A stretch of DNA of 63,974 bases, counting the filler, from NCBI GenBank assembly GCA_964501035.1. It is 5 parts of 5 records of this genome, joined end to end, with 100 filler letters (N's around TTAATTAATTAA, not from the genome) between each part and the next. Parts side by side here need not be neighbours in the genome. Positions count along the whole stretch, not along the records: positions 46,545 to 61,321 come from CAZCRK010000041.1; 4 more parts are not named here. One strand, 5' to 3'. A program made the translations under genes and the position numbers. The notes beneath the pieces were generated by a model that saw nothing but the letters and a program-made list of their open reading frames with translations, ran no database searches and was not told where the DNA came from. Below are positions 48,950 to 59,532 of the stretch, piece after piece; position 1 is the first letter of the stretch; every line of letters starts with the position of its first letter.

Positions 48950-49792
48950 ATGGTAATCTTAAAAGCTGCATTAAGTTTGGTCAGACCACTAAATGTATTT
49001 TTATCATCCGTAAGCATTTTAGTGTCGTTGATTCTATTGAATCATTATTCACCATTAGAACCAATTATTTTTACTATTATCACTGTATGTTGTTTTACTG
49101 CAGGGGGTAACGTTTTAAATGATATTTGGGATGTTAAAGCCGATGTTGTCAACCAGCCACAAAGACCTATTCCGTCAGGACAAATATCATTATCAGAGGC
49201 AATTGGCTTAATGTTAATGTGTTTCTCATTAGGAATTGGTTCAGTTCTAATGCTTTCATTTGAATCAAAAATCTTTGCATTAGGAATTGTGCTTCCTTTG
49301 TTAATTCTTTATACTCCTATTCTAAAACGAATTCCACTTATTGGCAATTTAGCTATTGCTTCTTTACTTGGAATGGTCTTCATTTTTACGGAGTTAGCTC
49401 TAACACACACTGTTGAAATTATGATTATCCCTGCTCTTCTTGCGTTTGGTTTAACTTTGATTAGAGAACTTGTTAAAGATATTTCTGATATTGAAGGGGA
49501 TATTCAAATTAACGCTCAAACCTTCCCCATTGTTTTTGGCATTAAACCATCTATTTTTATGGTATCATTTTTCATTGTATTGTTAACCATTTTTTCAATT
49601 CTTCCTTTCTTAAACAACCTATATGGAATTTCTTACTTAATTGGACTGATTTTAACTGTGGAAATACCTCTATTTTACTGTATATTTTTCCTGTGGAATA
49701 ATCCAACTTCTACGGCGTGTGCGGTCGTATCAAAATGGATGAAGTGGATTACCATCGCCGGAATAGGTGTAATTCTTTTAAGTAAATTTTAA
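48950..49792 (+). CDS. UbiA-family prenyltransferase, DGGGP-synthase-like
   Basis: VRPLN, NDIWDVKAD...RPIPSG, LKRIPLIGN, RELVKDISDIEGD. Confidence 0.85.
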   Translation: MVILKAALSLVRPLNVFLSSVSILVSLILLNHYSPLEPIIFTIITVCCFTAGGNVLNDIWDVKADVVNQPQRPIPSGQISLSEAIGLMLMCFSLGIGSVLMLSFESKIFALGIVLPLLILYTPILKRIPLIGNLAIASLLGMVFIFTELALTHTVEIMIIPALLAFGLTLIRELVKDISDIEGDIQINAQTFPIVFGIKPSIFMVSFFIVLLTIFSILPFLNNLYGISYLIGLILTVEIPLFYCIFFLWNNPTSTACAVVSKWMKWITIAGIGVILLSKF

Positions 49793-49815
49793 TATCTAAA
49801 TATTGTTAGGAACGT

Positions 49816-52800
49816 ATGGCGAATTTCGTTCACCTTCATAATCACACTGATTTTTCATTACAGGATGCTGCTCAATCTGTAAAGGGAATGCTTGCTCGAG
49901 TTAAAGAACTCGGTATGGATTCAATTGCTGTTACTGAACACGGAAACCTATTCTCAATGATTCCATTTTACAAACAAGCAAGAGAAATGGGAATAAAACC
50001 TATAATTGGTTGTGAAGTATACGTTGCAGTAAATGATCATACTGAAAAAAAACAAATTGCATCTACAACAGGGAAAAAATGGGGTTATCATCATTTAGTG
50101 CTGTTAGCTCAAAATCAAACAGGATATAACAATTTACTAAAACTTGTCTCAACCAGCTATATTGATGGATTTTATTACCGACCACGAGTGGATAAAAATC
50201 TTCTTAGAAAGTATGGAGATGGGCTCATAGCTTCAACAGCTTGTTTGGCTGGAGAAGTTACACAATTTGCTGCTCAAGGCGATTATGAAAATGCAAAAAA
50301 ATCAGCACTTGAATATGCAGATATTTTCCCTGACAGATTTTATCTAGAATTGCAAAATCATCAAATCCCTAATGAAGCAAAAGCTAGAGAAACCCTAGTA
50401 AAACTTTCGAAAGATACAGGTTTACCTCTTGTTGCAACAAATGATTGTCACTATAGTGTCGAAGAGCATTGGGAAGCTCATGATGTCATGTTTTGTTTGG
50501 GTACTGGAAAAGATAGAGATGACACAAATCGTCGCAGATATGAACCCAAGCAGTTTTATATTAAATCAGCTGAGGAAATGGCTGAGTTGTTCAAAGAAAC
50601 ACCAGAAGCAATTGAAAATACAGTTAAAATTGCTGAGCAATGCAATGTTGAAATCCCTATGGGAAAATTGTATTTACCCCAATTTCCTATTCCAACTGAG
50701 TTTTCTTCACAAGACTCCGATGAATATTTGCGCCATATTTGCAAAGAAGGGTTAAAATCTCGTTATCAAAATATAACTGATGAAATTCTTAAACGATTAG
50801 ATTTTGAGCTGGATGTTATTAAAAAAATGGGGTTTGCTGGCTATTTTTTAATTACTCAAGATTTTGTAAAATACGCTAAAGATAATAAAATTCCTGTGGG
50901 ACCTGGACGGGGATCTGCAGCAGGTTCTATAGTTGCATATAGTACTGGAATTACTAATGTTGACCCCATCAAATACAATCTACTATTTGAACGATTTCTA
51001 AATCCTGAACGAGTAACCATGCCAGATATTGATATTGATTTCTGTGTTGAAGGTCGAGAAAAAGTGATTGACTATATTAAAGAACAATATGGTCATGATT
51101 CTGTTGCTCAAATAATCACCTTTGGAACAATGAAAGCAAAATCAGTCATTCGTGATGTTGGACGAGTGCTTGGTCTATCTTATGGTGAAGTTGATAGAAT
51201 TGCTAAGTTAATTCCAAATGAGCTCAAAATGACTCTAGAAAAAGCTGAAAAACTAAACCCTGAATTGGCGAAAGTTTCTAAATTAGATGATGTACATAAA
51301 GAGTTGATGGAATATTCAAAAGTACTTGAAGGTATGCATAGACATTGCTCGACACATGCTGCTGGAGTAGTGATAACACCAGGACCAATGACTGACTATG
51401 TACCGCTGTTTAAAAATGCAAGCACTGGTGATATAACCACACAGGTTGAAATGAATTCATTAGAAGATATGGGACTTCTTAAAATGGATTTCTTGGGTTT
51501 ACGTAATTTGACAGTGATAAATAAGACAATTGGTCTCATTCAAAAAAATCATAATATTGAAATAGTTATTGACGCTATTGATGTAAATGAAACAGAAGTT
51601 TATAATTTGTTTGCTGGCGGAAAAACTATTGGTGTATTCCAGTTTGAATCTTCGGGAATGCGAGAATATTTAAAACAGTTAAAGCCAACATGTTTGGAAG
51701 ATTTGATTGCGATGAATGCATTGTACAGACCCGGTCCAATGGCAAACATTCCCGAGTTTATCGCTCGGAAACATGGTAAATCTAAAATCAGTTATCTTCA
51801 TGAAAGCCTTGAGCCCATTCTCAAAGAAACAAATGGAATAATTGTATATCAAGAACAAGTCATGCAAATTAGTCAAAAAGTTGGTCAATTTACATTGGCA
51901 CAGGGTGATATGATGCGTCGAGCAATGGGGAAAAAGAAAGCAGATTTGATGGCTGCTTTTAAAATAGATTTTGTGAAAGGTGCTGAAGGAATAGGGATAG
52001 CAACCAAAATTGCTACAGAAATTTTTGAATTATTGGAGAAATTTGCGCAATATGGTTTCAATAAAAGTCATTCAACAGCATATGCACTTGTTGCATATCA
52101 GACAGCTTGGTTAAAGTATCATTATCCTGCAGAATTTATGGCAGCCAATATTTCTTCAGAAGTGAATGATACAAATAGAGTCGTTACATTGATTTCTGCA
52201 GCAAAGGAAATGGGGATTGAAGTACTTCCACCCAATATTAATTCATCATATTCTGAATTTATTACGATTGATGAGAAAACAATAGCCTATGGATTATCGG
52301 CCATTAAAAATGTTGGACATAAAGCATGTGAACTCATTTATCAAGACCGTGATAAAAACGGACAATTTAAAACCATTTTTGATTTATGTAAAATTGCACC
52401 TCAATCAATTAATAGAAAAGTATTAGAAAGCCTCATTCAAGTAGGGGCATGTGATCATTTAGAAGGACATCGGGCTCAACAACTTTTGGCTATTGATGAT
52501 GCAATTAAGTTTGGGCAAAAATACCAAGAAGAAAAAGAATCAAATCAAGCAAGTTTATTTGGTGGGAATATGGGTTCGGATTTATCAACACCAGAGTTAT
52601 CACAAGCTGAAAAATGGTCAAAAGAAGAAGAGTTAAATCGCGAGAAAGCACTTCTTGGATTTTACTTATCAGGCAACCCCTTGGAAGAATTCATTGATGA
52701 TTTAAAAGAATTTGATAATGTGAATCCACTTGATCTGAGTGCAGGACTACCCAAAGAGATTCGATTTGGCGGTATTGTTTCTGATGTGAAAGTAAGGTTT

Positions 52801-53256
52801 GATAAGAAAAATAGGCCATGGGCAATCATGGAAATAAATGGACTTTTGGGTCGTGCTGAAGTATTTGTTTTTAGTGAAACTTACGAACAAAGTAAAGATA
52901 TTTTGATTGAAGACCAAAAAATATTTGTATGTGGCAAACCATCTAACCAAAATGGCGATGCTGATGTTCTTAAACTCGTGGCTCACGATATTTTTCCACT
53001 CAATTCAACACGAAATAAATTAAGTAGAAATGTAAATATTCGTCTTGATATTCATTACGAAGATGAAAAATTGTTAACTGATATAAATTCCATAGCTTTG
53101 GATAATAATGGGAGGTGTTCATTAATAATTCACTTACTATCTACTCAAGGAAATGTAAAACGAGTGAAGGCTGGTAATATTCATATTTCTCCAGAATCAA
53201 ACGTAATACATAAATTGCGAGATATTTTTGGTGACTCTAACGTGTGGGTGAGCTAA
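49816..53256 (+). CDS. dnaE: DNA polymerase III alpha subunit
   Basis: PHP domain HLHNHTDFS, GPGRGSAAGS, MPDIDIDF, YGFNKSHS, OB fold. Confidence 0.98.
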   Translation: MANFVHLHNHTDFSLQDAAQSVKGMLARVKELGMDSIAVTEHGNLFSMIPFYKQAREMGIKPIIGCEVYVAVNDHTEKKQIASTTGKKWGYHHLVLLAQNQTGYNNLLKLVSTSYIDGFYYRPRVDKNLLRKYGDGLIASTACLAGEVTQFAAQGDYENAKKSALEYADIFPDRFYLELQNHQIPNEAKARETLVKLSKDTGLPLVATNDCHYSVEEHWEAHDVMFCLGTGKDRDDTNRRRYEPKQFYIKSAEEMAELFKETPEAIENTVKIAEQCNVEIPMGKLYLPQFPIPTEFSSQDSDEYLRHICKEGLKSRYQNITDEILKRLDFELDVIKKMGFAGYFLITQDFVKYAKDNKIPVGPGRGSAAGSIVAYSTGITNVDPIKYNLLFERFLNPERVTMPDIDIDFCVEGREKVIDYIKEQYGHDSVAQIITFGTMKAKSVIRDVGRVLGLSYGEVDRIAKLIPNELKMTLEKAEKLNPELAKVSKLDDVHKELMEYSKVLEGMHRHCSTHAAGVVITPGPMTDYVPLFKNASTGDITTQVEMNSLEDMGLLKMDFLGLRNLTVINKTIGLIQKNHNIEIVIDAIDVNETEVYNLFAGGKTIGVFQFESSGMREYLKQLKPTCLEDLIAMNALYRPGPMANIPEFIARKHGKSKISYLHESLEPILKETNGIIVYQEQVMQISQKVGQFTLAQGDMMRRAMGKKKADLMAAFKIDFVKGAEGIGIATKIATEIFELLEKFAQYGFNKSHSTAYALVAYQTAWLKYHYPAEFMAANISSEVNDTNRVVTLISAAKEMGIEVLPPNINSSYSEFITIDEKTIAYGLSAIKNVGHKACELIYQDRDKNGQFKTIFDLCKIAPQSINRKVLESLIQVGACDHLEGHRAQQLLAIDDAIKFGQKYQEEKESNQASLFGGNMGSDLSTPELSQAEKWSKEEELNREKALLGFYLSGNPLEEFIDDLKEFDNVNPLDLSAGLPKEIRFGGIVSDVKVRFDKKNRPWAIMEINGLLGRAEVFVFSETYEQSKDILIEDQKIFVCGKPSNQNGDADVLKLVAHDIFPLNSTRNKLSRNVNIRLDIHYEDEKLLTDINSIALDNNGRCSLIIHLLSTQGNVKRVKAGNIHISPESNVIHKLRDIFGDSNVWVS

Positions 53257-53700
53257 GTGATTGCTGTTTTACAACGTGTGTCTTCTGCATCTGTTGCAGT
53301 AGAAAAAAAGGTGATAGGGAAAATACAACATGGACTTTTAATTTTGCTAGGCGTATTTGAAAATGATGATCTATCTGATGTTGAATTTTTAGTAAATAAG
53401 ATAAATGGTTTTAGAATTTTTCAAGATAAAAATGGAAATATGAATACATCAATTCATGATGTAAATGGATCAGTATTAGTGGTAAGTCAATTTACATTAT
53501 GTTCTGATTGGAAAAAGGGTAGAAGACCTAGTTTTGTTCATGCTGCCAATCCTAAAAAAGCAGAAAAACTATATCTTGAATTCTCAAGTTTACTAAAAAC
53601 AAAGGGATTACACGTAGAAAATGGTAAATTTGGAGCCATGATGGATGTCAATTTAACAAATGATGGTCCTGTAACATTTGTTTTGGATAGTAAGGAATAA
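53257..53700 (+). CDS. dtd: D-aminoacyl-tRNA deacylase
   Basis: LQRVSSASV, VSQFTL, NDGPVT. Confidence 0.96.
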   Translation: MIAVLQRVSSASVAVEKKVIGKIQHGLLILLGVFENDDLSDVEFLVNKINGFRIFQDKNGNMNTSIHDVNGSVLVVSQFTLCSDWKKGRRPSFVHAANPKKAEKLYLEFSSLLKTKGLHVENGKFGAMMDVNLTNDGPVTFVLDSKE

Positions 53701-53703
53701 CTG

Positions 53704-54108
53704 ATGAAAAAGAAAATTAGAATTGTAATGGCAAAACCAGGGTTAGATGGCCATGATAGAGGTATCAAAATTTTAGCCCGTGCTTACCGAGATGCTGGAA
53801 TGGAAGTTATTTATCTGGGTTTACGACAAACACCTGAAATGATTATAAGCGCTGCAGTTCAAGAAGATGCTGACGTTATTGCTTTATCTGTTTTGAGTGG
53901 TGCACATATGACCCTGTTTAAAAAGGTAAAAGGATTAATGAATGATGCCGATCTGTCTGATGTATTACTAACTGGTGGTGGAATTATTCCTGAAGAAGAT
54001 ATGAAAGAGTTAAACGATTTGGGTGTAGGCAAGTTGTTTGGGCCTGGCACTGTTGTAGAAGATACTGTAAATTATATTCAGGAATGGGTAAATGAACACA
54101 GGTCATAA
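53704..54108 (+). CDS. Cobalamin-binding small subunit of a split methylmalonyl-CoA-mutase-family enzyme
   Basis: [11 protein letters not shown] (DxHxxG), [14 protein letters not shown]. Confidence 0.92.
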   Translation: MKKKIRIVMAKPGLDGHDRGIKILARAYRDAGMEVIYLGLRQTPEMIISAAVQEDADVIALSVLSGAHMTLFKKVKGLMNDADLSDVLLTGGGIIPEEDMKELNDLGVGKLFGPGTVVEDTVNYIQEWVNEHRS

Positions 54109-55654
54109 ACATTTTAAGAAATTCAACAAGTTAGAAAAAAAACGTGAACAAGCCAAAATGGGTGGGGGTGAATCTCGCATCCAAAAACAGCACGATAAAA
54201 ACAAATTAACTGCCCGAGAACGAATTGATATTTTATTGGATAAAGATTCGTTCGTTGAATTAGATATGTTTGTACAACATCGGGCAACCGATTTTGGAAT
54301 GGAAAATCAGAAGTTTTTGACTGATGGAGTTATTACAGGTTACGGAACAATTGATAATCGAAAAGTAATGGTATTTTCTCAAGATTTCACTATTTTCGGA
54401 GGCTCACTTTCAGAAACGTTTGCAGAAAAAATATGCAAAGTTATGGATATGGCTCTTAAAACTGGAGTTCCCGTAATTGGATTAAATGATTCTGGTGGTG
54501 CACGAATTCAAGAAGGTGTTGTGAGCTTGGCTGGTTATGCAGATATATTCTTGAAAAATACTCTTGCTTCGGGAGTTGTCCCCCAAATTTCAGCCATACT
54601 GGGACCCTGTGCTGGTGGTGCAGTGTACTCCCCTGCTATCACCGATTTCATTTTTATGGCTAAACAAACTAGCCACATGTTTGTAACAGGGCCAAATGTT
54701 GTAAAAACGGTTACTCACGAAGAAGTTTCAATGGAAGATTTAGGTGGTGCAAATACGCATGCATCAAAATCAGGTGTTGCACATTTTTCATGTGAAAATG
54801 AAATTGAAGTGTTACAGAAAATCCGAAAATTGATGTCATATATTCCACTAAATAATCTTGAAGAAGCACCTAACATAAATGAATTTTTAGAACCAAAATA
54901 TACATCAAATGAATTAAACTCACTAATTCCTGAAAATCCGAATAAACCCTACGATATGCATTCTGTACTTAATGCAATAATTGATTTGGATACATTTTTT
55001 GAAGTCCATGCTGATTATGCGCAAAATATCATTGTTGGTTTCGCTAGAATTGGGGGGCATTCTGTTGGAATTGTAGCCAATCAACCCGCTCATTTGGCAG
55101 GAGTTTTAGATATTGACTCTTCATTAAAAGCTGCACGGTTTGTTCGATTCTGTGATGCGTTTAATATTCCATTAATTACATTTGAAGATGTACCGGGTTT
55201 CTTGCCAGGTACAGACCAAGAATGGAGAGGAATTATTAAACATGGTGCAAAATTACTGTATGCCTTTGCTGAAGCAACTGTGCCAAAATTAACGGTAATT
55301 ACCAGAAAAGCTTACGGCGGAGCGTATGATGTGATGTCATCAAAGCATATTCGAGCAGATTTGAATTTTGCTTGGCCGACAGCAGAAATAGCGGTGATGG
55401 GGCCAAAGGGTGCTGTAGAAATTTTATGGAAAAAGAAAATTGCAGATGCGGATAACCATGATGAACAAGTAGAAGTCCTGATGGATGAATATCGCGAAAA
55501 GTTTGCAAATCCCTATGTAGCTGCAGAACGTGGGTATATTGATGATGTAATAAAACCATCTGAAACTCGTAATCGACTTATAAGTGGGCTTGAAATGTTA
55601 GCAACAAAGGTTGATAGTAATCCAAAGAAAAAGCATGGAAATATTCCTCTCTAA
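54092..55654 (+). CDS. pccB: Acyl-CoA (propionyl/methylmalonyl-CoA) carboxyltransferase beta subunit
   Basis: [38 protein letters not shown]. Confidence 0.92.
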   Translation: MNTGHKHFKKFNKLEKKREQAKMGGGESRIQKQHDKNKLTARERIDILLDKDSFVELDMFVQHRATDFGMENQKFLTDGVITGYGTIDNRKVMVFSQDFTIFGGSLSETFAEKICKVMDMALKTGVPVIGLNDSGGARIQEGVVSLAGYADIFLKNTLASGVVPQISAILGPCAGGAVYSPAITDFIFMAKQTSHMFVTGPNVVKTVTHEEVSMEDLGGANTHASKSGVAHFSCENEIEVLQKIRKLMSYIPLNNLEEAPNINEFLEPKYTSNELNSLIPENPNKPYDMHSVLNAIIDLDTFFEVHADYAQNIIVGFARIGGHSVGIVANQPAHLAGVLDIDSSLKAARFVRFCDAFNIPLITFEDVPGFLPGTDQEWRGIIKHGAKLLYAFAEATVPKLTVITRKAYGGAYDVMSSKHIRADLNFAWPTAEIAVMGPKGAVEILWKKKIADADNHDEQVEVLMDEYREKFANPYVAAERGYIDDVIKPSETRNRLISGLEMLATKVDSNPKKKHGNIPL

Positions 55655-56355
55655 TGGATATCATTCAAGATAAAATCTATTTAGAAAATAAGTTTGCTGA
55701 AGATTTTGGAACACCTTACTTCCCTGTTTTGGCGGATTTGTATTTGCAGGAGAAGGATTTGTCCCGCGCTAAAAAAGTGTGTGAAATTGGCTTAAAACAC
55801 GATGCATTTAATACCGATGGAAAATATATTTTATCAAAAGTCAATTTATTAGAAAATAAATTAGCCCCAGCAGAGCAATTATTAAAACAAGTTGTTGAGG
55901 AAAATCCAATTCATATCAATGCTTTGCGAATACTCATTGAAGTTCAAATTTCATTGAAACGAAGTAGAAATTCTACTCAAAAATATGTGGATAAACTCAG
56001 CAAGTTATTACCAAATGATTCACAGGTTCAAAATTGGGAAAAACAGGTTAGTGTTACAAAACCAGAAACACAAAAACCTCAATCTAAAGAAAAACCCAAA
56101 GATGGTAAACCCAAGCAAAAACCAACAAATCATGTGGTTAAAAAACAACAGAAGAAAACTGTTCAAATATCAAAGCAGGAAGAATTTAAAATAACACCCA
56201 ATATGGCTACATTTACTTTGGTGAATGTTCTCAAAGCTCAACAGCATTTTAATCAAGCATTATCTGTCCTCACTATGATTGAAAATAAGGGTGGTGATAA
56301 AAGTAAAATTACACCCCTTAGGGATGAACTTAATAAACTACTAAATGAAAAATAG
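55654..56355 (+). CDS. TPR-containing protein
   Basis: FPVLADLYL...AKKVCEIGL TPR-like helices; Lys/Pro-rich linker; ATFTLVNVLKAQ C-terminal motif. Confidence 0.7.
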   Translation: MDIIQDKIYLENKFAEDFGTPYFPVLADLYLQEKDLSRAKKVCEIGLKHDAFNTDGKYILSKVNLLENKLAPAEQLLKQVVEENPIHINALRILIEVQISLKRSRNSTQKYVDKLSKLLPNDSQVQNWEKQVSVTKPETQKPQSKEKPKDGKPKQKPTNHVVKKQQKKTVQISKQEEFKITPNMATFTLVNVLKAQQHFNQALSVLTMIENKGGDKSKITPLRDELNKLLNEK

Positions 56356-56372
56356 TAAAGGGAAAATCGAGC

Positions 56373-56807
56373 ATGAATATGTTTATTAAAACTGTTCTGA
56401 TTGTTGTTTCTTTTGTACTTATTTCATGTAAAAGCTCAACTGAACCAATTGAATACATATTAGAAAATACCACGTGGGAATTAGTTAAGGTGTTTGGAAT
56501 TCCAACTATTGAACCTGTAATTGTTGTTGCTGAAAATGGTGAGGAATATACCATGAAATTTGAGAGCAATGTCGGTACGGCAACTGATGCATGTAATTCG
56601 TGTAATTTTGAATATGAAAAAACAAGTGATAATGAAATCACATTTTCAGATTTGGCTTGTTCGCTAATTAACTACACAGGGCCTTCTTATTTTTCAAATA
56701 TGTATGGTGATTTTGCTTACAGTATTGATTCTGATACCCTAATTTTACAATCTGTAAATGAGGAGTTTTATTACACAGATTTTTTCTATTTTACTCCTAA
56801 AAACTAA
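56373..56807 (+). CDS. META-domain lipoprotein
   Basis: Lipobox LISC; LENTTWELV...DACN...ACS pattern. Confidence 0.7.
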   Translation: MNMFIKTVLIVVSFVLISCKSSTEPIEYILENTTWELVKVFGIPTIEPVIVVAENGEEYTMKFESNVGTATDACNSCNFEYEKTSDNEITFSDLACSLINYTGPSYFSNMYGDFAYSIDSDTLILQSVNEEFYYTDFFYFTPKN

Positions 56808-56810
56808 ATA

Positions 56811-57584
56811 ATGCCCTTCGATACATCAGAATTTCAAAATACAATTTACCATGATTCACAACGGTACGATGATGAAATGTACTGGAAAAAAGATGATATG
56901 GAATTTTGGAAGTTAATTTTGGATACTACACCCAATAAAAAGATACTAGAACTTGGTGCGGGAACGGGTCGTTTGGCTGTTCCACTGATTCGTGAAGGTG
57001 CTCATTACACAGGTCTTGAAATTTCATCTGAGTTTTGTAAAACTGCTCAACATAAAATTGCTGATTTTGGAAACAATCATAACATTATCCAAGGAGATAT
57101 GCGGAATTTTAATCTAAATCAGTCATTTGATTTAATTTTTATTGGATTTAATTCCTTTCTTCATTTGTTGTCAGATGACGATGCTATTGCATGTATAGAA
57201 AGTGCAAAAAAGCACATGGTTAAAGGTAAAAGTAGATTCATAATTGATATTTTTGTTCCAGATCCATTATTTTTGTATCGACCCGAAAATATGAAATATC
57301 CAGTAATGGAATACATTGATTCAAAGACCAATGAAAAAGTATTGGTTGAAGAAACATCAGAATATGACCCTGCAACAGAAATAAATAAAATTTCATGGTT
57401 TTACAAAGCGGAAACGCCCACAGATAATCGGGAATATAATTTTACAATGCGAATGTTCTTCCCCGATACAATGAATCGAATTTTAACTGATGCTGGTTTT
57501 ACTATTCAAAATGTATGGGGTGATCATTATCAAACACCCTTTAATGAAGGCAGTACGTTACAAATTTACGATTGTATCCTATGA
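56811..57584 (+). CDS. Class I SAM-dependent methyltransferase
   Basis: ILELGAGTGR, QGDMRNF, FNSFLHL. Confidence 0.9.
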   Translation: MPFDTSEFQNTIYHDSQRYDDEMYWKKDDMEFWKLILDTTPNKKILELGAGTGRLAVPLIREGAHYTGLEISSEFCKTAQHKIADFGNNHNIIQGDMRNFNLNQSFDLIFIGFNSFLHLLSDDDAIACIESAKKHMVKGKSRFIIDIFVPDPLFLYRPENMKYPVMEYIDSKTNEKVLVEETSEYDPATEINKISWFYKAETPTDNREYNFTMRMFFPDTMNRILTDAGFTIQNVWGDHYQTPFNEGSTLQIYDCIL

Positions 57585-58195
57585 CAAATCGAGATGCAAT
57601 CACATATCTAAAAGAACGAGATACACGTTTTGTCCAATTGGAAACAAACTTTGGAATACCCGATTTTACACCAGAGACAAATTATTTTGAGTCCCTAGTT
57701 CGAGCAATTGTGTATCAACAACTTAGTGGAAAAGCAGCAAACACCATTTATAAACGATTTCTTAATTTATTTGACGATACATCATACCCCACTCCAACAA
57801 TGGTTCTCGATATTCCATTTGAAACGTTGAGATCTGTTGGACTTTCAAATCAAAAATCCAATTATATCATTAACCTGTCTGAGCATTGTAGAGATGAAAA
57901 GTTACATTTTGAGGCATTTAACAATATGACAGATAATGAAATTAGTCATGAACTCATACAGGTTAAGGGAATTGGACAATGGACAGTTGATATGTTTTTG
58001 ATGTTTACGCTTAATCGACCCGATGTATTCCCCTTAAACGATTTAGGAATTCAAAAAGGATTTATGAAGTTTTACAAATTGGATGACTTGCCTTCCTTGG
58101 AATTGATGCAAAAAGAATCGGAACAATGGAAACCCTATCGCACTTATGTAGCTTGGTATATGTGGAAAATTGTAGATGGACCTTTTGAATGGTGA
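57581..58195 (+). CDS. alkA: DNA-3-methyladenine glycosylase II (AlkA family)
   Basis: IVYQQLSGKAA, HhH VKGIGQWT, FPLNDLG, WKPYRT. Confidence 0.9.
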   Translation: MTNRDAITYLKERDTRFVQLETNFGIPDFTPETNYFESLVRAIVYQQLSGKAANTIYKRFLNLFDDTSYPTPTMVLDIPFETLRSVGLSNQKSNYIINLSEHCRDEKLHFEAFNNMTDNEISHELIQVKGIGQWTVDMFLMFTLNRPDVFPLNDLGIQKGFMKFYKLDDLPSLELMQKESEQWKPYRTYVAWYMWKIVDGPFEW

Positions 58196-58785
58196 AAACA
58201 CTATTTTTAGACCTCTTTGGTGTACTTTTGGGGATTGACCAATCTGTTGTAATACAAAAAATTGCAACTAAAGTTGATTCACCCTATTTAACGGTTAAAG
58301 ATATTGTTATGGGTGAAATATTTATGCGATTGGAAAGAGGCGAAATTGCATTTAAACAATATTTCCAAGATTTACAATATGCATTACCAAATGGGGAACG
58401 TTTAGAATATGAATGGCTCAAAGATATTTGGTTAAATTCCCAAGTTGGTGAACTTCCTTTAGTTAATGAACTTCCAATATTGCAATCGACTTTCAATATT
58501 TGGTTAATTTCAAACACAACCAACAGGCATATTTCACATTTGAAAAATCAATTTCCGTTTCTAAATAAGGTGAATGGTATTATAACCTCTGAGGAAGCAG
58601 GAGTGAGAAAGCCTGATCATTCAATTTTTCAATTTGCAGTTTATGAATCCAAAGCTGATAGTAAAACTTCATATTTTATTGATGATATGTGGGCGAATGT
58701 AAAATCAGCGCAAGATTTTGGATTTAAAGCACATCGTTATACAGATTTTGAAGAATGTATGAATTTCCTTCATTCTATTCAATAA
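58189..58785 (+). CDS. HAD-family phosphatase (YihX-like)
   Basis: FLDLFGVL, ISNT, KPD, FIDD...NV. Confidence 0.85.
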   Translation: MVKTLFLDLFGVLLGIDQSVVIQKIATKVDSPYLTVKDIVMGEIFMRLERGEIAFKQYFQDLQYALPNGERLEYEWLKDIWLNSQVGELPLVNELPILQSTFNIWLISNTTNRHISHLKNQFPFLNKVNGIITSEEAGVRKPDHSIFQFAVYESKADSKTSYFIDDMWANVKSAQDFGFKAHRYTDFEECMNFLHSIQ

Positions 58786-59510
58786 TGATTGATGTATTTA
58801 ACATTGAAAAACTGACTCATTTATCGCTTAAAAATAAACTGGGATTAAAAGTTTATCCATGGCGAAAAATCAAACTATACAATACTAACACAAAATATAA
58901 ACCTTTACACAAAAGCAAAATTGCAATTATCACAACTGCAGGATTCTCTATAAAAAACAATCAACCACCATTTGATGAAAATGTTCGCGGTGGTGATTGG
59001 TCGTATAGAAAAATCCCAAATACCGTGAAAAGGGATGAGTTAATTGAAAATCATCGAAGTAGTACATTCGACCATTCTGGGATTGTTGAAAATCCTTTTT
59101 CAGTATTACCAATTCCTCATCTGCAATCGCTATTGGATGACAATTTAATAGGATCTGTAAGTCATCGTCATTTTTCAGTAATGGGTTCTATTACAGCACC
59201 GGGTCGATTTATAAAACATACAATCCCAAAGATAGTTGAAAAATGCATACAAGATAACATAGATTTAGTATTGTTAATTCCTGTCTGACCTATGTGTCAT
59301 CAAGTAGTTTGCTTGATTCAAGAAAAATTAGAAAAAGTTCAGATAACCACCACTTCAATTTCCATTATTCCTGAGATTACAGAGCAGGTTGGATGTCCAA
59401 GATTTTTACATGTACCCTATCCATTAGGTTATCCACTTGGAACAGATGATGATTTTGAACATCAAAAAGATGTTTGTTTGAACGCATTAAAACTAGTAGA
59501 ATATAACTAA
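58785..59510 (+). CDS. PrdB/GrdB-family selenoprotein (Sec at TGA 59286-59288)
   Basis: The tracked ORFs 58755-59288 and 59292-59510 are in the same frame and separated only by TGA-CCT. Read-through gives ...DLVLLIPV-U-PMCHQ..., collinear with D-proline reductase PrdB (VLLTAG-U-GTCH). 241 aa from ATG 58785. Confidence 0.88.
59299..59317 (+). promoter_or_regulatory. Candidate bacterial SECIS hairpin
   Basis: ATCAAGTA-GTT-TGCTTGAT; the stem starts at the 11th nt after UGA and the apical loop begins with G. Confidence 0.65.
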
Positions 59511-59532
59511 ATAATTTCTTAAGGAGAAAGAC

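Noticed and set aside
49816..53256. Intein or split in dnaE
   Set aside because: Length (1146 aa) and motif order are normal, with no insertion seen.
59292..59510. Separate 72-aa gene starting MCHQVV
   Set aside because: No RBS, in frame with the upstream ORF, and it supplies the C-terminal part of the PrdB-like fold; better explained by Sec read-through.
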